A stretch of 64,000 nt of DNA from assembly GCA_965219455.1 (NCBI GenBank), contig OZ244744.1:2176001-2240000 (forward strand), read 5' to 3'. The first letter of the stretch is position 1; each line of letters opens with the position of its first letter. Below, piece by piece: positions 52,374-62,527 of the stretch. This stretch comes from Candidatus Latescibacterota bacterium. Its GTDB lineage: Bacteria; Latescibacterota; UBA2968; GCA-2709665. Under the pieces are notes generated by a model that had not been told where the DNA came from, ran no database searches, and was given only the letters and a program-made list of their open reading frames with translations. The position numbers were made by a program, and so were the translations under genes.

Positions 52374-53585
52374 ATGGCACTTCCCAAAGCAGATGAATCC
52401 ACCGGCACAACACCCGACTCCGGGGGGCATTTCGGACCCTACGGTGGGCGCTACGTGCCGGAAACGCTGATGCCCTTGTTGGAGGACTTGGAGGCAGCCT
52501 ACCGCGATGCGAAGGACCGTCCGGATTTCAAGGAAGAACTGGACCGGTATCTCAGGGAATTTGTGGGAAGGCCGACGTCACTTTATTTTGCGCAGCGGCT
52601 GACCGCCGAACTGGGTGGAGCCAGAATCTATTTGAAGCGGGAGGACCTCGCGCACACCGGCGCGCACAAGATAAACAACACGATGGGCCAGATTCTCCTT
52701 GCCAAGCGAATGGGCAAAACGCGGATCATCGCGGAAACGGGCGCAGGTCAACACGGTGTGGCGACAGCAACCGTGGCGGCGATGTTCGGAATGGACTGCG
52801 AGATTTACATGGGCACCGAAGACATGGACCGTCAGGCGTTGAATGTGTTTCGAATGCGGCTCCTGGGCGCGAATGTAACGGGGGTGGATTCGGGCAGCAG
52901 GACTCTGAAGGATGCGATCAACGAAGCCATCCGGGATTGGGTGACGAATGTGGAAGATACGTTTTATATATTCGGATCCGTCCTGGGACCGCATCCGTAT
53001 CCGATGATCGTGCGCGATTTTCAGCGGGTGATCGGGGTGGAAACGCGCGAACAGATCCTGCAAGCCGAAGGCCGCTTGCCGGACTGTCTGATCGCATGCG
53101 TCGGCGGCGGCAGCAATTCCATCGGGCTGTTTCACGCCTTTTTGAATGACACGGACGTGCGGATGGTTGGTGTCGAAGCGGGAGGGCATGGCATTGCCTC
53201 CGGCGACCATGCGGCGCGATTTCAGGGCGGGGATCTGGGCGTACTGCACGGGGCAAGGATTTACCTCCTGCAGGACGAGGACGGGCAGATCGCGCTGACC
53301 CATTCGGTGTCCGCGGGCCTGGATTATTCGGGTGTGGGGCCCGAGCACTGTCATCTGCGGGATGCGGGTCGGATCGAGTACGTCTATGCCACCGACGACG
53401 AAGCCCTGAAGGCTTTCCAGCAGTTGAGTCGCACTGAGGGTATAATTCCCGCACTGGAAAGCGCACACGCGATCGCGCACGTGTCCAGAGCGGCGCCCGA
53501 ACTGGGCAAGGATGCCGTAATCGTGGCGAATCTTTCCGGCCGGGGCGATAAAGACGTGCAGCAGGCGGCAAAATACCTGCATTAG
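52374..53585 (+). CDS. trpB: Tryptophan synthase beta
   Basis: [40 protein letters not shown]. Confidence 0.98.
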   Translation: MALPKADESTGTTPDSGGHFGPYGGRYVPETLMPLLEDLEAAYRDAKDRPDFKEELDRYLREFVGRPTSLYFAQRLTAELGGARIYLKREDLAHTGAHKINNTMGQILLAKRMGKTRIIAETGAGQHGVATATVAAMFGMDCEIYMGTEDMDRQALNVFRMRLLGANVTGVDSGSRTLKDAINEAIRDWVTNVEDTFYIFGSVLGPHPYPMIVRDFQRVIGVETREQILQAEGRLPDCLIACVGGGSNSIGLFHAFLNDTDVRMVGVEAGGHGIASGDHAARFQGGDLGVLHGARIYLLQDEDGQIALTHSVSAGLDYSGVGPEHCHLRDAGRIEYVYATDDEALKAFQQLSRTEGIIPALESAHAIAHVSRAAPELGKDAVIVANLSGRGDKDVQQAAKYLH

Positions 53586-53638
53586 GCAGTATTGCACCGT
53601 TCGTTTTCAGGTCGGAATCGAAGAATGGGGTCGATCGG

Positions 53639-54451
53639 ATGACAAGAATCGGGAAACGGTTCGAGGCGTTGAAAGAAGCGCGCAGGACCGGATTTGTGGC
53701 CTACATCACCGCGGGAGATCCGGACCTGGCAATCACCCGCAAGCTGGTGCCGGAACTGGAACGGCGCGGGGTGGACATTCTCGAGTTGGGCGTGCCGTTC
53801 TCCGATCCACTGGCGGATGGACCGGAGATCCAGCGGGCATCGCAGCGCGCCCTGCGACATCGGGTGTCAATCGGTGACGTGCTGGATCTGGTGGCAGACC
53901 TGCGGCGGGAGACGGAGATACCGATTGTGCTGTTTACGTATTTCAATCCGATGCATCGTTTTGGTCTGAAACGACTTGTCGACCGGGCGGCCGAAGCGGG
54001 GGTGGACGGCATTCTGGCGCTGGATCTTCCGCCCGAGGAGGCGGCGGAGTACAAGTGTCTGATGTCGCAACAGGGACTGGATACGATTTTTTTGATTGCG
54101 CCAACGAGCCGTGAGGATCGTATTCAACGGATTGCGGCGCATTCCAGCGGGTTTGTGTATTACGTGTCACGCACGGGCGTAACGGGGGAACGGAAAAGCC
54201 TGGAGGAGACACTTGGCGCCAAGGTGGCGACCATCCGTCGCTACACGTCGCAACCGGTTGCGGTGGGATTCGGTATTTCGACGCCCGAACATACCAGGGA
54301 GGTTGCAGTTTATGCGGATGCAGTCGTCGTTGGCAGCGCGATCGTGCGGCGAATTGCGGAGCGGCAGGGCGACCCGGATCTCGTTTCACACATCGGAGTA
54401 TTTGTGGAAGAACTCGTGCAACCGTTGAAGGGAGCACCCGATGGATCTTGA
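53639..54451 (+). CDS. trpA: Tryptophan synthase alpha
   Basis: ELGVPFSDPLADGP, DLPPEE, VGFGIS. Confidence 0.97.
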   Translation: MTRIGKRFEALKEARRTGFVAYITAGDPDLAITRKLVPELERRGVDILELGVPFSDPLADGPEIQRASQRALRHRVSIGDVLDLVADLRRETEIPIVLFTYFNPMHRFGLKRLVDRAAEAGVDGILALDLPPEEAAEYKCLMSQQGLDTIFLIAPTSREDRIQRIAAHSSGFVYYVSRTGVTGERKSLEETLGAKVATIRRYTSQPVAVGFGISTPEHTREVAVYADAVVVGSAIVRRIAERQGDPDLVSHIGVFVEELVQPLKGAPDGS

Positions 54452-54773
54452 AGACTGGCGAAAGGAAATCGACGTCCTGAATCAACAACTGCTGGAGCTT
54501 CTCAATCGACGAGCCGAATGTGCACTTGAGATTGGCAGGATTAAACAGGCAATCGAGCAACCGATTTATGCGCCGGAACGGGAGACGTCGATCCTGAACC
54601 GAATCCGTAAACTGAACACGGGGCCCCTGACCGACGAAGCGGTGCATCGGATATTTCAGCAGATAATCGATGAGTCCAGGCGCCTGGAACAGGAGCATGG
54701 CGACCGGGAAACGGGGGCACAAAACCCCTCTGAATCCGTTCGTGAAACCGGCCGAACGACTAAACCGGATTGA
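54441..54773 (+). CDS. Monofunctional chorismate mutase (AroQ type)
   Basis: WRKEID...LLNRR...IGRIK...PERE...IIDESR. Confidence 0.88.
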   Translation: MDLEDWRKEIDVLNQQLLELLNRRAECALEIGRIKQAIEQPIYAPERETSILNRIRKLNTGPLTDEAVHRIFQQIIDESRRLEQEHGDRETGAQNPSESVRETGRTTKPD

Positions 54774-54802
54774 CGGTCGCCAACCCCCGGAGCTGAAGGC
54801 AA

Positions 54803-55831
54803 ATGGCGTTCAGAAAGATCCTGAAGATACCCACCCCGGAAGCCGTACTGGAGAAGATGTCGCTTCCGAAGAAGCTGAAGGCTGTAAAGGATGAACGCGA
54901 CGCGGAAATCAGGGATATTTTCGCGCGGAGGAGCGATAAGTTTCTGCTGGTGATCGGCCCCTGTTCGGCGCACAACGAAGATGCCGTATGTGAATACGTG
55001 TCCCGGCTGGCGAAACTGCAGGAGGCCGTCCGGGAAAAACTGGTTCTGGTGCCGCGCATTTATACCAACAAACCCCGAACAACCGGCGAGGGGTACAAGG
55101 GGATGGGGCATCAGCCGGACCCGCGGAAGGCACCGGATATTTCCGAGGGGATCTATGCGGTTCGTCAGATGCATATCCGGGCGGTCCGGGAGTCCCATCT
55201 GACGGCCGCCGACGAAATGCTGTACCCGGGCAATCTGCCGTATGTCGAGGATCTGCTGAGTTATATAGCCGTGGGCGCACGGTCGGTGGAGAATCAACAG
55301 CACCGCTTGACCTGTAGCGGCGTCGGCGTGCCGGTCGGAATGAAGAACCCGACGGGAGGAGATCTTTCGGTCATGCTGAACGCGATTCACGCCTCACAGA
55401 TTCCACACGTCTTCATTTATAACGGCTGGGAGGTGAGTACCGATGGCAATCCCCTGGCACACGCCGTGCTTCGGGGCGCCGTGGATGTGACCGGGCGCAG
55501 TATTCCGAACTATCACTTTGAAGACCTCATACACGTTGCGGAACTCTATCGCCAGCGGCCGCTTGCCAATGCCGCAATCGTTGTGGATACGAATCACAAT
55601 AATTCCGGCAAACAGTTCAGCGAACAACCCAGGATCGGGTTGGAGGTGATACGCAGCCGGCAGAGTTCGGGATTCTTGAACGATATGATCCGTGGGTTGA
55701 TGGTGGAAAGTTTTCTGGTTGAGGGCACACAGAACGTTAATGACGGCGTGTACGGCAAATCCATTACCGATCCGTGCCTGGGGTGGAAGGATTCCGAGGT
55801 GTTTGTGAAGGAACTGGCGGAAAAAATATGA
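54803..55831 (+). CDS. DAHP synthase, type I-alpha
   Basis: VIGPCS, KPRTT, GARS, GMKN, HAVLRG, KSITDPC. Confidence 0.93.
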   Translation: MAFRKILKIPTPEAVLEKMSLPKKLKAVKDERDAEIRDIFARRSDKFLLVIGPCSAHNEDAVCEYVSRLAKLQEAVREKLVLVPRIYTNKPRTTGEGYKGMGHQPDPRKAPDISEGIYAVRQMHIRAVRESHLTAADEMLYPGNLPYVEDLLSYIAVGARSVENQQHRLTCSGVGVPVGMKNPTGGDLSVMLNAIHASQIPHVFIYNGWEVSTDGNPLAHAVLRGAVDVTGRSIPNYHFEDLIHVAELYRQRPLANAAIVVDTNHNNSGKQFSEQPRIGLEVIRSRQSSGFLNDMIRGLMVESFLVEGTQNVNDGVYGKSITDPCLGWKDSEVFVKELAEKI

Positions 55832-55909
55832 GAGCGGCCGGGCTCCGGATTCAGGAGTGAATCGGAACGTTTTCCTGACGCTCTTGCCTGTTCTTCCGAG
55901 GATGAAGGT

Positions 55910-57022
55910 ATGGCGAATGATCCTCCGTTTGCGCGTGAGACGATTGCTATTGTGGGTGTTGGGTTGATCGGCGGATCTCTTGGCGTGGCACTCAAGGGTC
56001 TGGGCATCGGGCGAAGCATCGTTGGCGTCAGCAGGCAGGAGACACTGGATGCAGCCGGCGAATTGAATGTAATTGACGCGGGCTATCGCTATGAAGAGCT
56101 GGCAGCGGGAATTGCCGAAGCGGCGCTGGTTTTCCTGTGTACTCCCATTGTACGTATTCTGGACCTGCTGCCGCGGGTGCTGGGGGCGGCGCGGAAGGGT
56201 GCGGTCGTGACCGATGTGGGCAGCACCAAGCACGCGATTGTTTCCGCGGCGACGGCGCATCAACGGGATGGCGTGTGCTTTGTGGGAGGGCATCCGATGG
56301 CCGGGTCCGAACATCGCGGGGTAAGCGCGGCGGATCCTTTCCTGTTTCAGAACGCCATTTACGTATTGACGCCGTCGCCGGACACGCCCGATTTCGTGGT
56401 CGAAAAGCTCGCGCGCCTCGTGAGGGCGCTCGGGGCGAGACCCATGAGGATGACGCCTCAGGCACACGACAGGGCGGCGGCGGCGGTGAGCCATTTGCCG
56501 CAGATGATGGCCACAAGCCTGGTGTCCATGATCGGACGGATGACCGAGGCCGAAGGGTTGCCGATACGGATGGCGGCGGGTGGGTTTCGGGATCTGACAC
56601 GCATTGCATCCAGCCCGTATGAAATGTGGCGGGATATCTGCCATACAAACGGGGCCTCGATCCGTGAGATGATCGATCTCTATATTGAGTCGCTGGCAGC
56701 GATTCGCGGGGAAGTGGACCATGACGGTCTGGAGCAGGCATTTGTCTATGCGAATCGGGTACGGGGACAGATCCCGAAGGACTCCAAGGGGTTTTTGCAT
56801 CCCCTATACGAAATCCTCCTGGTGGCGGAAGACAGACCGGGCGTGATTGCCGACGTCGCTCAGACCCTGGCCGGAGAGAACATCAATATTAACGACATCG
56901 AGGTGTTGAATGTACGGGAGGGGGAAGGGGGCACCATCCGGATGGGGTTCGATTCACGTCCATGCGCGGAAGAGGCCGTAGGTGTGTTGGGGAAGGCGGG
57001 ATACAGCGTCAGGCTGAGATAG
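55910..57022 (+). CDS. tyrA: Prephenate/arogenate dehydrogenase with C-terminal ACT domain
   Basis: GVGLIGGS, DVGSTK, GGHPMAG, HD..AAAVSHLP, RDLTRIA, DRPGVIA. Confidence 0.92.
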   Translation: MANDPPFARETIAIVGVGLIGGSLGVALKGLGIGRSIVGVSRQETLDAAGELNVIDAGYRYEELAAGIAEAALVFLCTPIVRILDLLPRVLGAARKGAVVTDVGSTKHAIVSAATAHQRDGVCFVGGHPMAGSEHRGVSAADPFLFQNAIYVLTPSPDTPDFVVEKLARLVRALGARPMRMTPQAHDRAAAAVSHLPQMMATSLVSMIGRMTEAEGLPIRMAAGGFRDLTRIASSPYEMWRDICHTNGASIREMIDLYIESLAAIRGEVDHDGLEQAFVYANRVRGQIPKDSKGFLHPLYEILLVAEDRPGVIADVAQTLAGENININDIEVLNVREGEGGTIRMGFDSRPCAEEAVGVLGKAGYSVRLR

Positions 57023-57101
57023 ACGGAAGGATCCCGAACGGGAAACGGTTGAACGAGAGAGATTGCTGCCCGTCCTTTAGTGACTCCATTTTGAAGAAGG
57101 C

Positions 57102-58415
57102 GTGGTTTTGGAATTCGCGGGTTCGGTGATTTCCCGGGGCACGATCAGGCCCTCGCCAGGGCTTGTGGGGACATGCGACCTCCCGGGCGATGCCAACATG
57201 TCGATAATGGCCCTGGTGCTATCGTCCACGGCCGATGGAATCTCCCGGATTCACAGGTGTTCGCGACGACGCGACGTCGGGCGAGCCGTAGAATTGCTGT
57301 CGAAACTCGGGATTTCGGTCGGGTGGGACGGTGAGACCGCGACGGTGACCGGCGGCCGCTTCAGGGCGCCGGACGACGTGCTGCACGTGGATGGGTCCCC
57401 GGTTCTGTTTTCCTGTCTGGCGGGATTGCTGTCGAATGCGCCCTTTGTGACCAGACTCTCCGGAGTTCGGGCGGATGCCGACGTCGACAGGGTTTTCGGG
57501 GCGCTCCGCGCATTGGGCGCACAACTGGACATTCCGGCTGAGGATCGGACATCGGCAGGTGTGGGAGGGGGTAAGTTAACGCCCGGTTCCTACCGCGTCG
57601 GACTTCCGGATATGTTGGTGAAGTGTGTAATGCTTATGGCCGGGTTGGGTGTGGATGGTCCGGTTGAACTGTTGCAGGACACCCGTGGGGATGACGACCT
57701 GGAAGTGTTGCTGCAAGCAGCAGGATGCGGGCTGAAGAAGAGGCGCATGAAGGGCGCCGGCGGTCATCGATTGTTGATGGAAGGACCCGTACGGCTCCAT
57801 GGCGTTACCCATGAGTTGCCGGGTAGTTCGGACGCGGGGCTGTTTCTTGCTCTCGCTGCGGCAATGTTGAAACGGTCTGATGTGACGGTAACCCATTTCG
57901 GAATGGATTCGAGAAGCCGCAGGATCGTAGATATATTGCGGCGAATGAACGTATCTATGGATGTGGAGCAATACTGGACGAATTCCGGTTTTCCCGTACG
58001 ACGACTTCGGATCAGGGGGTCCGAATTGCGTGGTATAAAAATCTCGGGTGCGAATGCGAGACGCTTCAGGGACGTGCTCCCGCTCCTGGCAGTCGCGGGC
58101 GCGGTATCCCGGGGTGAAACGATTTTACGGGATGCCGAGGCGTTGAGGGACGGCCCGGTGGACTGTATTTCGGTAATGGTGGAAAACCTCAGGAAGATGC
58201 AGATTCAAGTTGGGGAGATGCCGGATGGGCTGGTTGTGAAGGGCGGGCAACTGCAGGGCGCCGAACTGGATGCTGCCGGCGACGCCCGTGTGTCAATGGC
58301 ACTCACGCTGGCAACGCTGGCGAGCGAAGGGGAAACCCTTGTAATGAACCCTGGGCCCGTGGATCAGATGCATCATGGGATCATGGAAAGATTGGCTACG
58401 GTTTTGGAGACGTAA
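57102..58415 (+). CDS. EPSP synthase (AroA) homolog with active-site motifs degenerated
   Basis: Collinear with class II AroA over ~430 aa, but most substrate-binding residues are substituted (see findings). Confidence 0.8.
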   Translation: MVLEFAGSVISRGTIRPSPGLVGTCDLPGDANMSIMALVLSSTADGISRIHRCSRRRDVGRAVELLSKLGISVGWDGETATVTGGRFRAPDDVLHVDGSPVLFSCLAGLLSNAPFVTRLSGVRADADVDRVFGALRALGAQLDIPAEDRTSAGVGGGKLTPGSYRVGLPDMLVKCVMLMAGLGVDGPVELLQDTRGDDDLEVLLQAAGCGLKKRRMKGAGGHRLLMEGPVRLHGVTHELPGSSDAGLFLALAAAMLKRSDVTVTHFGMDSRSRRIVDILRRMNVSMDVEQYWTNSGFPVRRLRIRGSELRGIKISGANARRFRDVLPLLAVAGAVSRGETILRDAEALRDGPVDCISVMVENLRKMQIQVGEMPDGLVVKGGQLQGAELDAAGDARVSMALTLATLASEGETLVMNPGPVDQMHHGIMERLATVLET

Positions 58416-58507
58416 GTCGTGTACGTAATTCGGTTGCCCGACGTGTATTGTGGCGGCATGGGCCGCTCAAAACAACGTGGGTCAATCATCGGTACGAGGA
58501 GAGTCTT

Positions 58508-58648
58508 ATGAGACTGGTTGGCAGGTTGTTCTTTCTGGCGTTACTCGTGTTCCTGGGAGGCGTGGTTTTCATTCGGTACACCTACAACTGTTCCTGGAAA
58601 GAGAGTTTTGCAATTGCCGATCAGTTTGTGTCTGACCTGACCGGTTGA
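58508..58648 (+). CDS. 46-aa single-TM small protein
   Basis: GAGGAG RBS; MRLVGRLFFLALLVFLGGVVFIRYTYNCSWKES... Confidence 0.65.
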   Translation: MRLVGRLFFLALLVFLGGVVFIRYTYNCSWKESFAIADQFVSDLTG

Positions 58649-58738
58649 GCAACGCGATGCTGGTCGACGTGCGGGGGAACTTCAACCGGCCAGACGCGAA
58701 AACCGGGTTTAGGAACTGATAGGTCAGGGGAGTCTGTT

Positions 58739-59605
58739 TTGGGTATTGTGTCAACCACGCAGTTGCTGGGGGTGATAGGCGATCCGATTGCCCATTCGTT
58801 GTCGCCGGACATGCACAATGCGGCCATAAGCGTTCTTGAAGCAGACTACTGTTACGTTGCCTTTCACGTATTGCCGAATGGGGTTGAATCGGCGCTTCAG
58901 GGGATGCGCGCCTTGCAGATCCGGGGTTTGAACGTAACCCTTCCGCACAAGACTGCAGTGATGGCACACCTGGACCGGATTTCCGAAGAAGCACTGGCCG
59001 TGGGCGCGGTGAATACGATTTCTTTCAATGACGGCGAACTGGTCGGGCACAATACAGACGTGTACGGGTTGGCCACCGCGCTGGAGCGGACGGCCGGCCT
59101 CGCCGTGTTGCCGGAGCATTGCGTGATTCTCGGCGCGGGCGGCGTGGCGCGGGCGGCTGTTTATGCGCTGGCTACGCAAAATGAGGTGCGGCGGGTGAGC
59201 ATTCTGAATCGAACTGTAGGCCGGGCGGAAGCGCTTGCGCGTAATATGGAACGGATCACAGGCAAGACAATAGACGCGGGCGATCTGACGACAGACACCC
59301 AAATGAGGCGGTTCGCGGATGCCGGCCTCGTCGTGAATGGTACTTCGCTGGGGATGCACCCGAACGTAGAGCGGACGCCGCTTGCGGATACAGACACGAT
59401 ACACTCACAACTGGTGCTCTACGATACGGTTTTCAACCCGCTGGATACGCTGCTGATGCGGCAGTTTCGATCCGCGGGCGCGCTGGCTTTTGGAGGACTG
59501 GATATGCTTGTACACCAGGGTGCGCGTTCGTTTGCCATCTGGACGGGAGTCGAGCCGCCCGTCGACGTCATGAAGCAGGCGGTAATCGACCGGTTTCGGG
59601 CGTAG
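58739..59605 (+). CDS. aroE: Shikimate dehydrogenase
   Basis: HSLSP.MH, NVTLPHK, GAVNT, NTD, GAGG, GLDMLVHQ. Confidence 0.95.
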   Translation: MGIVSTTQLLGVIGDPIAHSLSPDMHNAAISVLEADYCYVAFHVLPNGVESALQGMRALQIRGLNVTLPHKTAVMAHLDRISEEALAVGAVNTISFNDGELVGHNTDVYGLATALERTAGLAVLPEHCVILGAGGVARAAVYALATQNEVRRVSILNRTVGRAEALARNMERITGKTIDAGDLTTDTQMRRFADAGLVVNGTSLGMHPNVERTPLADTDTIHSQLVLYDTVFNPLDTLLMRQFRSAGALAFGGLDMLVHQGARSFAIWTGVEPPVDVMKQAVIDRFRA

Positions 59606-59607
59606 CT

Positions 59608-60327
59608 GTGGTGAGGTCCGACCTACAGGAACGCCGGGCAAAACGGACTTTTGTGCGTCAGATGTTCGACGGCATAGCCGGTACGTACGATCTGTTGAAC
59701 CACCTGCTGAGCGCCGGCGTGGACATTGTCTGGCGGCGATGGACAGTAGACGCACTGGAATTGCAAGCCGGAGAGTGGATCCTGGACCTTGCAACGGGAA
59801 CGGGCGATTTGGGCCTCGAAGCGGCTGCGCGTGATTCGGGCGTGCGGGTTGTGGGCGCGGACCTGTCCCTACCGATGCTTCGGCTAGCAAACAAAAAACG
59901 GGATAGGGGATCCGGCCGACTGCTTCTCCTATGTGCAGACGCGGAGCGGCTGCCGTTTCCCGACGTGCAGTTTCATGCCGTAACGATTGGTTTCGGAGTA
60001 CGGAATTTTTCGGACTTGAACAATGGCCTTCAGGAGATACATCGGGTTTTACGCGCCGGAGGCCGGTTGGCAATTCTGGAGTTTTCCAGGCCCAGGGCGT
60101 TTCTATTACGCAGGATCTACTTTTTTTATTTCAAATTTATCCTGCCCGGCATCGGCCGGCTTGTTTCCCGGAATCCTCTGGCGTATCGGTATCTTTATGA
60201 GTCTGTAATGGGTTTTCCTGAGGGGGAAGCATTCCGAAGGCGTCTGACGCAGGCCGGTTTTGTCGAGGCGGTGGAACGCCGGTTGACCTTTGGGATTGCG
60301 ACCATCTATTTGGCTTCAAAACCGTAA
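59608..60327 (+). CDS. ubiE: UbiE/MenG quinone C-methyltransferase
   Basis: YDLLNHLLSAG, DLATGTGD, FGVRN, LEFS, YRYLYES. Confidence 0.9.
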   Translation: MVRSDLQERRAKRTFVRQMFDGIAGTYDLLNHLLSAGVDIVWRRWTVDALELQAGEWILDLATGTGDLGLEAAARDSGVRVVGADLSLPMLRLANKKRDRGSGRLLLLCADAERLPFPDVQFHAVTIGFGVRNFSDLNNGLQEIHRVLRAGGRLAILEFSRPRAFLLRRIYFFYFKFILPGIGRLVSRNPLAYRYLYESVMGFPEGEAFRRRLTQAGFVEAVERRLTFGIATIYLASKP

Positions 60328-60371
60328 AAGCGCTTTGCTTATTGGTCAGCGTGTTGGGCTTGAGAAAGTAA

Positions 60372-60485
60372 CGAGATGGCATTTTCAAAGCGCGAGGATT
60401 ACAAGTTTTACGCATTTCAAATGTTGAAATTCGCACGCATTCAGATGGCGTTCTCAAATCAATCAGAGCATATATAAGGCAGCGT
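60372..60485 (+). pseudogene. C-terminal remnant of a DUF559-type endonuclease
   Basis: RDGIFKARGLQVLRISNVEIRTHSDGVLKSI after an in-frame TAA; lower GC; no start. Confidence 0.6.
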
Positions 60486-60505
60486 TCGCTCAACGCTTGG
60501 TTCAA

Positions 60506-60545
60506 CTCCCCCTTTCCTTGTAGGAGAGGGGGCTGAGGGGAGAGG
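60506..60545 (+). repeat. REP-like palindrome of the CCCCTCTCC...GGAGAGGGG type
   Basis: CTCCCCCTTTCCTTGTAGGAGAGGGGGCTGAGGGGAGAGG. Confidence 0.65.
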
Positions 60546-60554
60546 TCCTCCTTT

Positions 60555-62258
60555 ATGGTCAATCCTTTTATTGAAGAAATTGTATCGCAGGTGTCAAAAA
60601 CGACTGACATGCGCCCCGATGAGGTGAGGGCGCTGATCGAGGTCCCTCCAAAACCCACTATGGGGGACTACACCCTTCCGTGTTTCAGGCTTGCAAAAAC
60701 GCTGCGAAAGGCGCCGAATCAGATCGCCGCGGATCTTGGAGAGCGGGTACGGACGGGCGGACGCATCGCCCGGGTCAGGGCTGAGGGCCCATATCTCAAC
60801 ATTTTCGTTAGCCGGACCGAATTTGTACGGGAGACGCTTTCGGAAATTCTCGCAAGGGGCGAGCAATTCGGACGGAGCGAGGCAGGCGCGGGGAAAACAG
60901 TCGTGGTCGATTTTTCGTCACCGAATATCTCCAAGCCATTCACTATAGCCCACATCCGTTCGACAGCGATTGGAAATTCGCTCTGCAGGATATACAGGGC
61001 CCTCGGTTGGAACGTGCTCGGTATCAATCACCTTGGTGACTGGGGCGCCCCGCACGGGATGAATATCGCGGCGTACAAACGCTGGGGAGACGAGAACGCG
61101 GTTCGCAGGAATCCGGCCTATGAGCTATTTAACCTGTACGTAAAATTCAATGCCGAGATGGAACGGGATCCGTCTCTCAGAAACGACGTGAAGGACTGGA
61201 CCAGGAAGCTGGAGGCGGGCGATGCCGAGGCGCTCAGACTCTGGAATTGGTTCAGGGACGAGACCATAAAGGACTTCAAGCGAATTTATGAATTGATGGA
61301 CGTGGAATTTAGTGAATATACAGGAGAGAGTTTTTTTCACAATAAGGTGGGGCCGGTTATCGAAGCACTTAAGGCGAATGGCCTGGCGGTGGAGAGTGAG
61401 GGCGCCCTCGTGGTGATGCTGGACGATGAAGATATGCCCCCGGCCATCATCCAGACCGGACACGATACCAGCGTCTATCTCACACGCGATCTGGCCGCGG
61501 CGATTTACCGCAAGCAGACCTACGACTTCGATAAGTTGATCTATACGACCGACGCCGGGCAGTCCCTGCATTTTCGGCAGCTATTCAAGGTGCTGGAACG
61601 GATGGGCTATGAGTGGGCGAAAGACTGTGTGCACGTCCCGTTCGGTATCATTTCCTTCAAAGAGGGAAGGATGTCTACGCGCAGGGGCAACGTGATTTTC
61701 CTGGAGGACGTGCTGAACCGTGCGATAGAGCTGACACGGGATATTATAGAGGACAAGAATCCGGAGCTTCCCAATAAAGACGGGATCGCCCGGGACGTGG
61801 GCATCGGCGCGGTGGTCTACGCGGATCTCGATTCCCGCCGGACGCGGGACGTGGTGTTCGACTGGGATGAGATCCTTAACTTTAACGGCGAGACCGGCCC
61901 CTACGTCCAATATACCCATGCGCGTTATCGCAGTGTCCTACGTAAATACGGAGGCGCCGTGCCGCCGCCCGATGCAGACCTTTCTCTGTTAACCGAACCC
62001 GAGACGGTGGCGGTGGTCAAGTGCCTGGAACGGTATCCGGCGCGAATCCGGAACGCGGCCGAGGCCTGCGAGCCGTCTCTGATTGCCGGGTTCCTGATCG
62101 AACTCTGTACAGAGGCGAACCGGTTTTACAACGCCCACCGGGTCATTTCAGATGACCTGCCCCTGACCCGGGCGCGCATCGCCCTGGTTTATTCCATCAC
62201 TGTCGTGCTGTCGGCCGGCCTTCATCTGCTCGGGTTGCGGGCGCCCGAGGAGATGTGA
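60555..62258 (+). CDS. argS: Arginine--tRNA ligase
   Basis: DFSSPNISK, NHLGDWG, MSTRRG, GETGPYVQYTHAR, PEEM. Confidence 0.97.
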   Translation: MVNPFIEEIVSQVSKTTDMRPDEVRALIEVPPKPTMGDYTLPCFRLAKTLRKAPNQIAADLGERVRTGGRIARVRAEGPYLNIFVSRTEFVRETLSEILARGEQFGRSEAGAGKTVVVDFSSPNISKPFTIAHIRSTAIGNSLCRIYRALGWNVLGINHLGDWGAPHGMNIAAYKRWGDENAVRRNPAYELFNLYVKFNAEMERDPSLRNDVKDWTRKLEAGDAEALRLWNWFRDETIKDFKRIYELMDVEFSEYTGESFFHNKVGPVIEALKANGLAVESEGALVVMLDDEDMPPAIIQTGHDTSVYLTRDLAAAIYRKQTYDFDKLIYTTDAGQSLHFRQLFKVLERMGYEWAKDCVHVPFGIISFKEGRMSTRRGNVIFLEDVLNRAIELTRDIIEDKNPELPNKDGIARDVGIGAVVYADLDSRRTRDVVFDWDEILNFNGETGPYVQYTHARYRSVLRKYGGAVPPPDADLSLLTEPETVAVVKCLERYPARIRNAAEACEPSLIAGFLIELCTEANRFYNAHRVISDDLPLTRARIALVYSITVVLSAGLHLLGLRAPEEM

Positions 62259-62527
62259 TTCACGGCCCGCTGTATCACCCTTCCGAAATGACGTTTAACG
62301 CCGCCGGTATCCAGGCGTCGTCGTTATTGACGGGACACTGGAGACATATTTCTTCACAGGTGGTAGTGAATGAAAACCGGACCGGCAACGCTTAATTCCA
62401 TTAACCCGCTACTGGAAACGCGACACCCGAGCCCTCTTGCTGCATCCGGAATGAACTCCGCGCTGGTCGTCGCAGTTCAGAGCACCATTACAGATCGCCA
62501 GGCGCACGCAGGGCGGGGGCGCGCATC

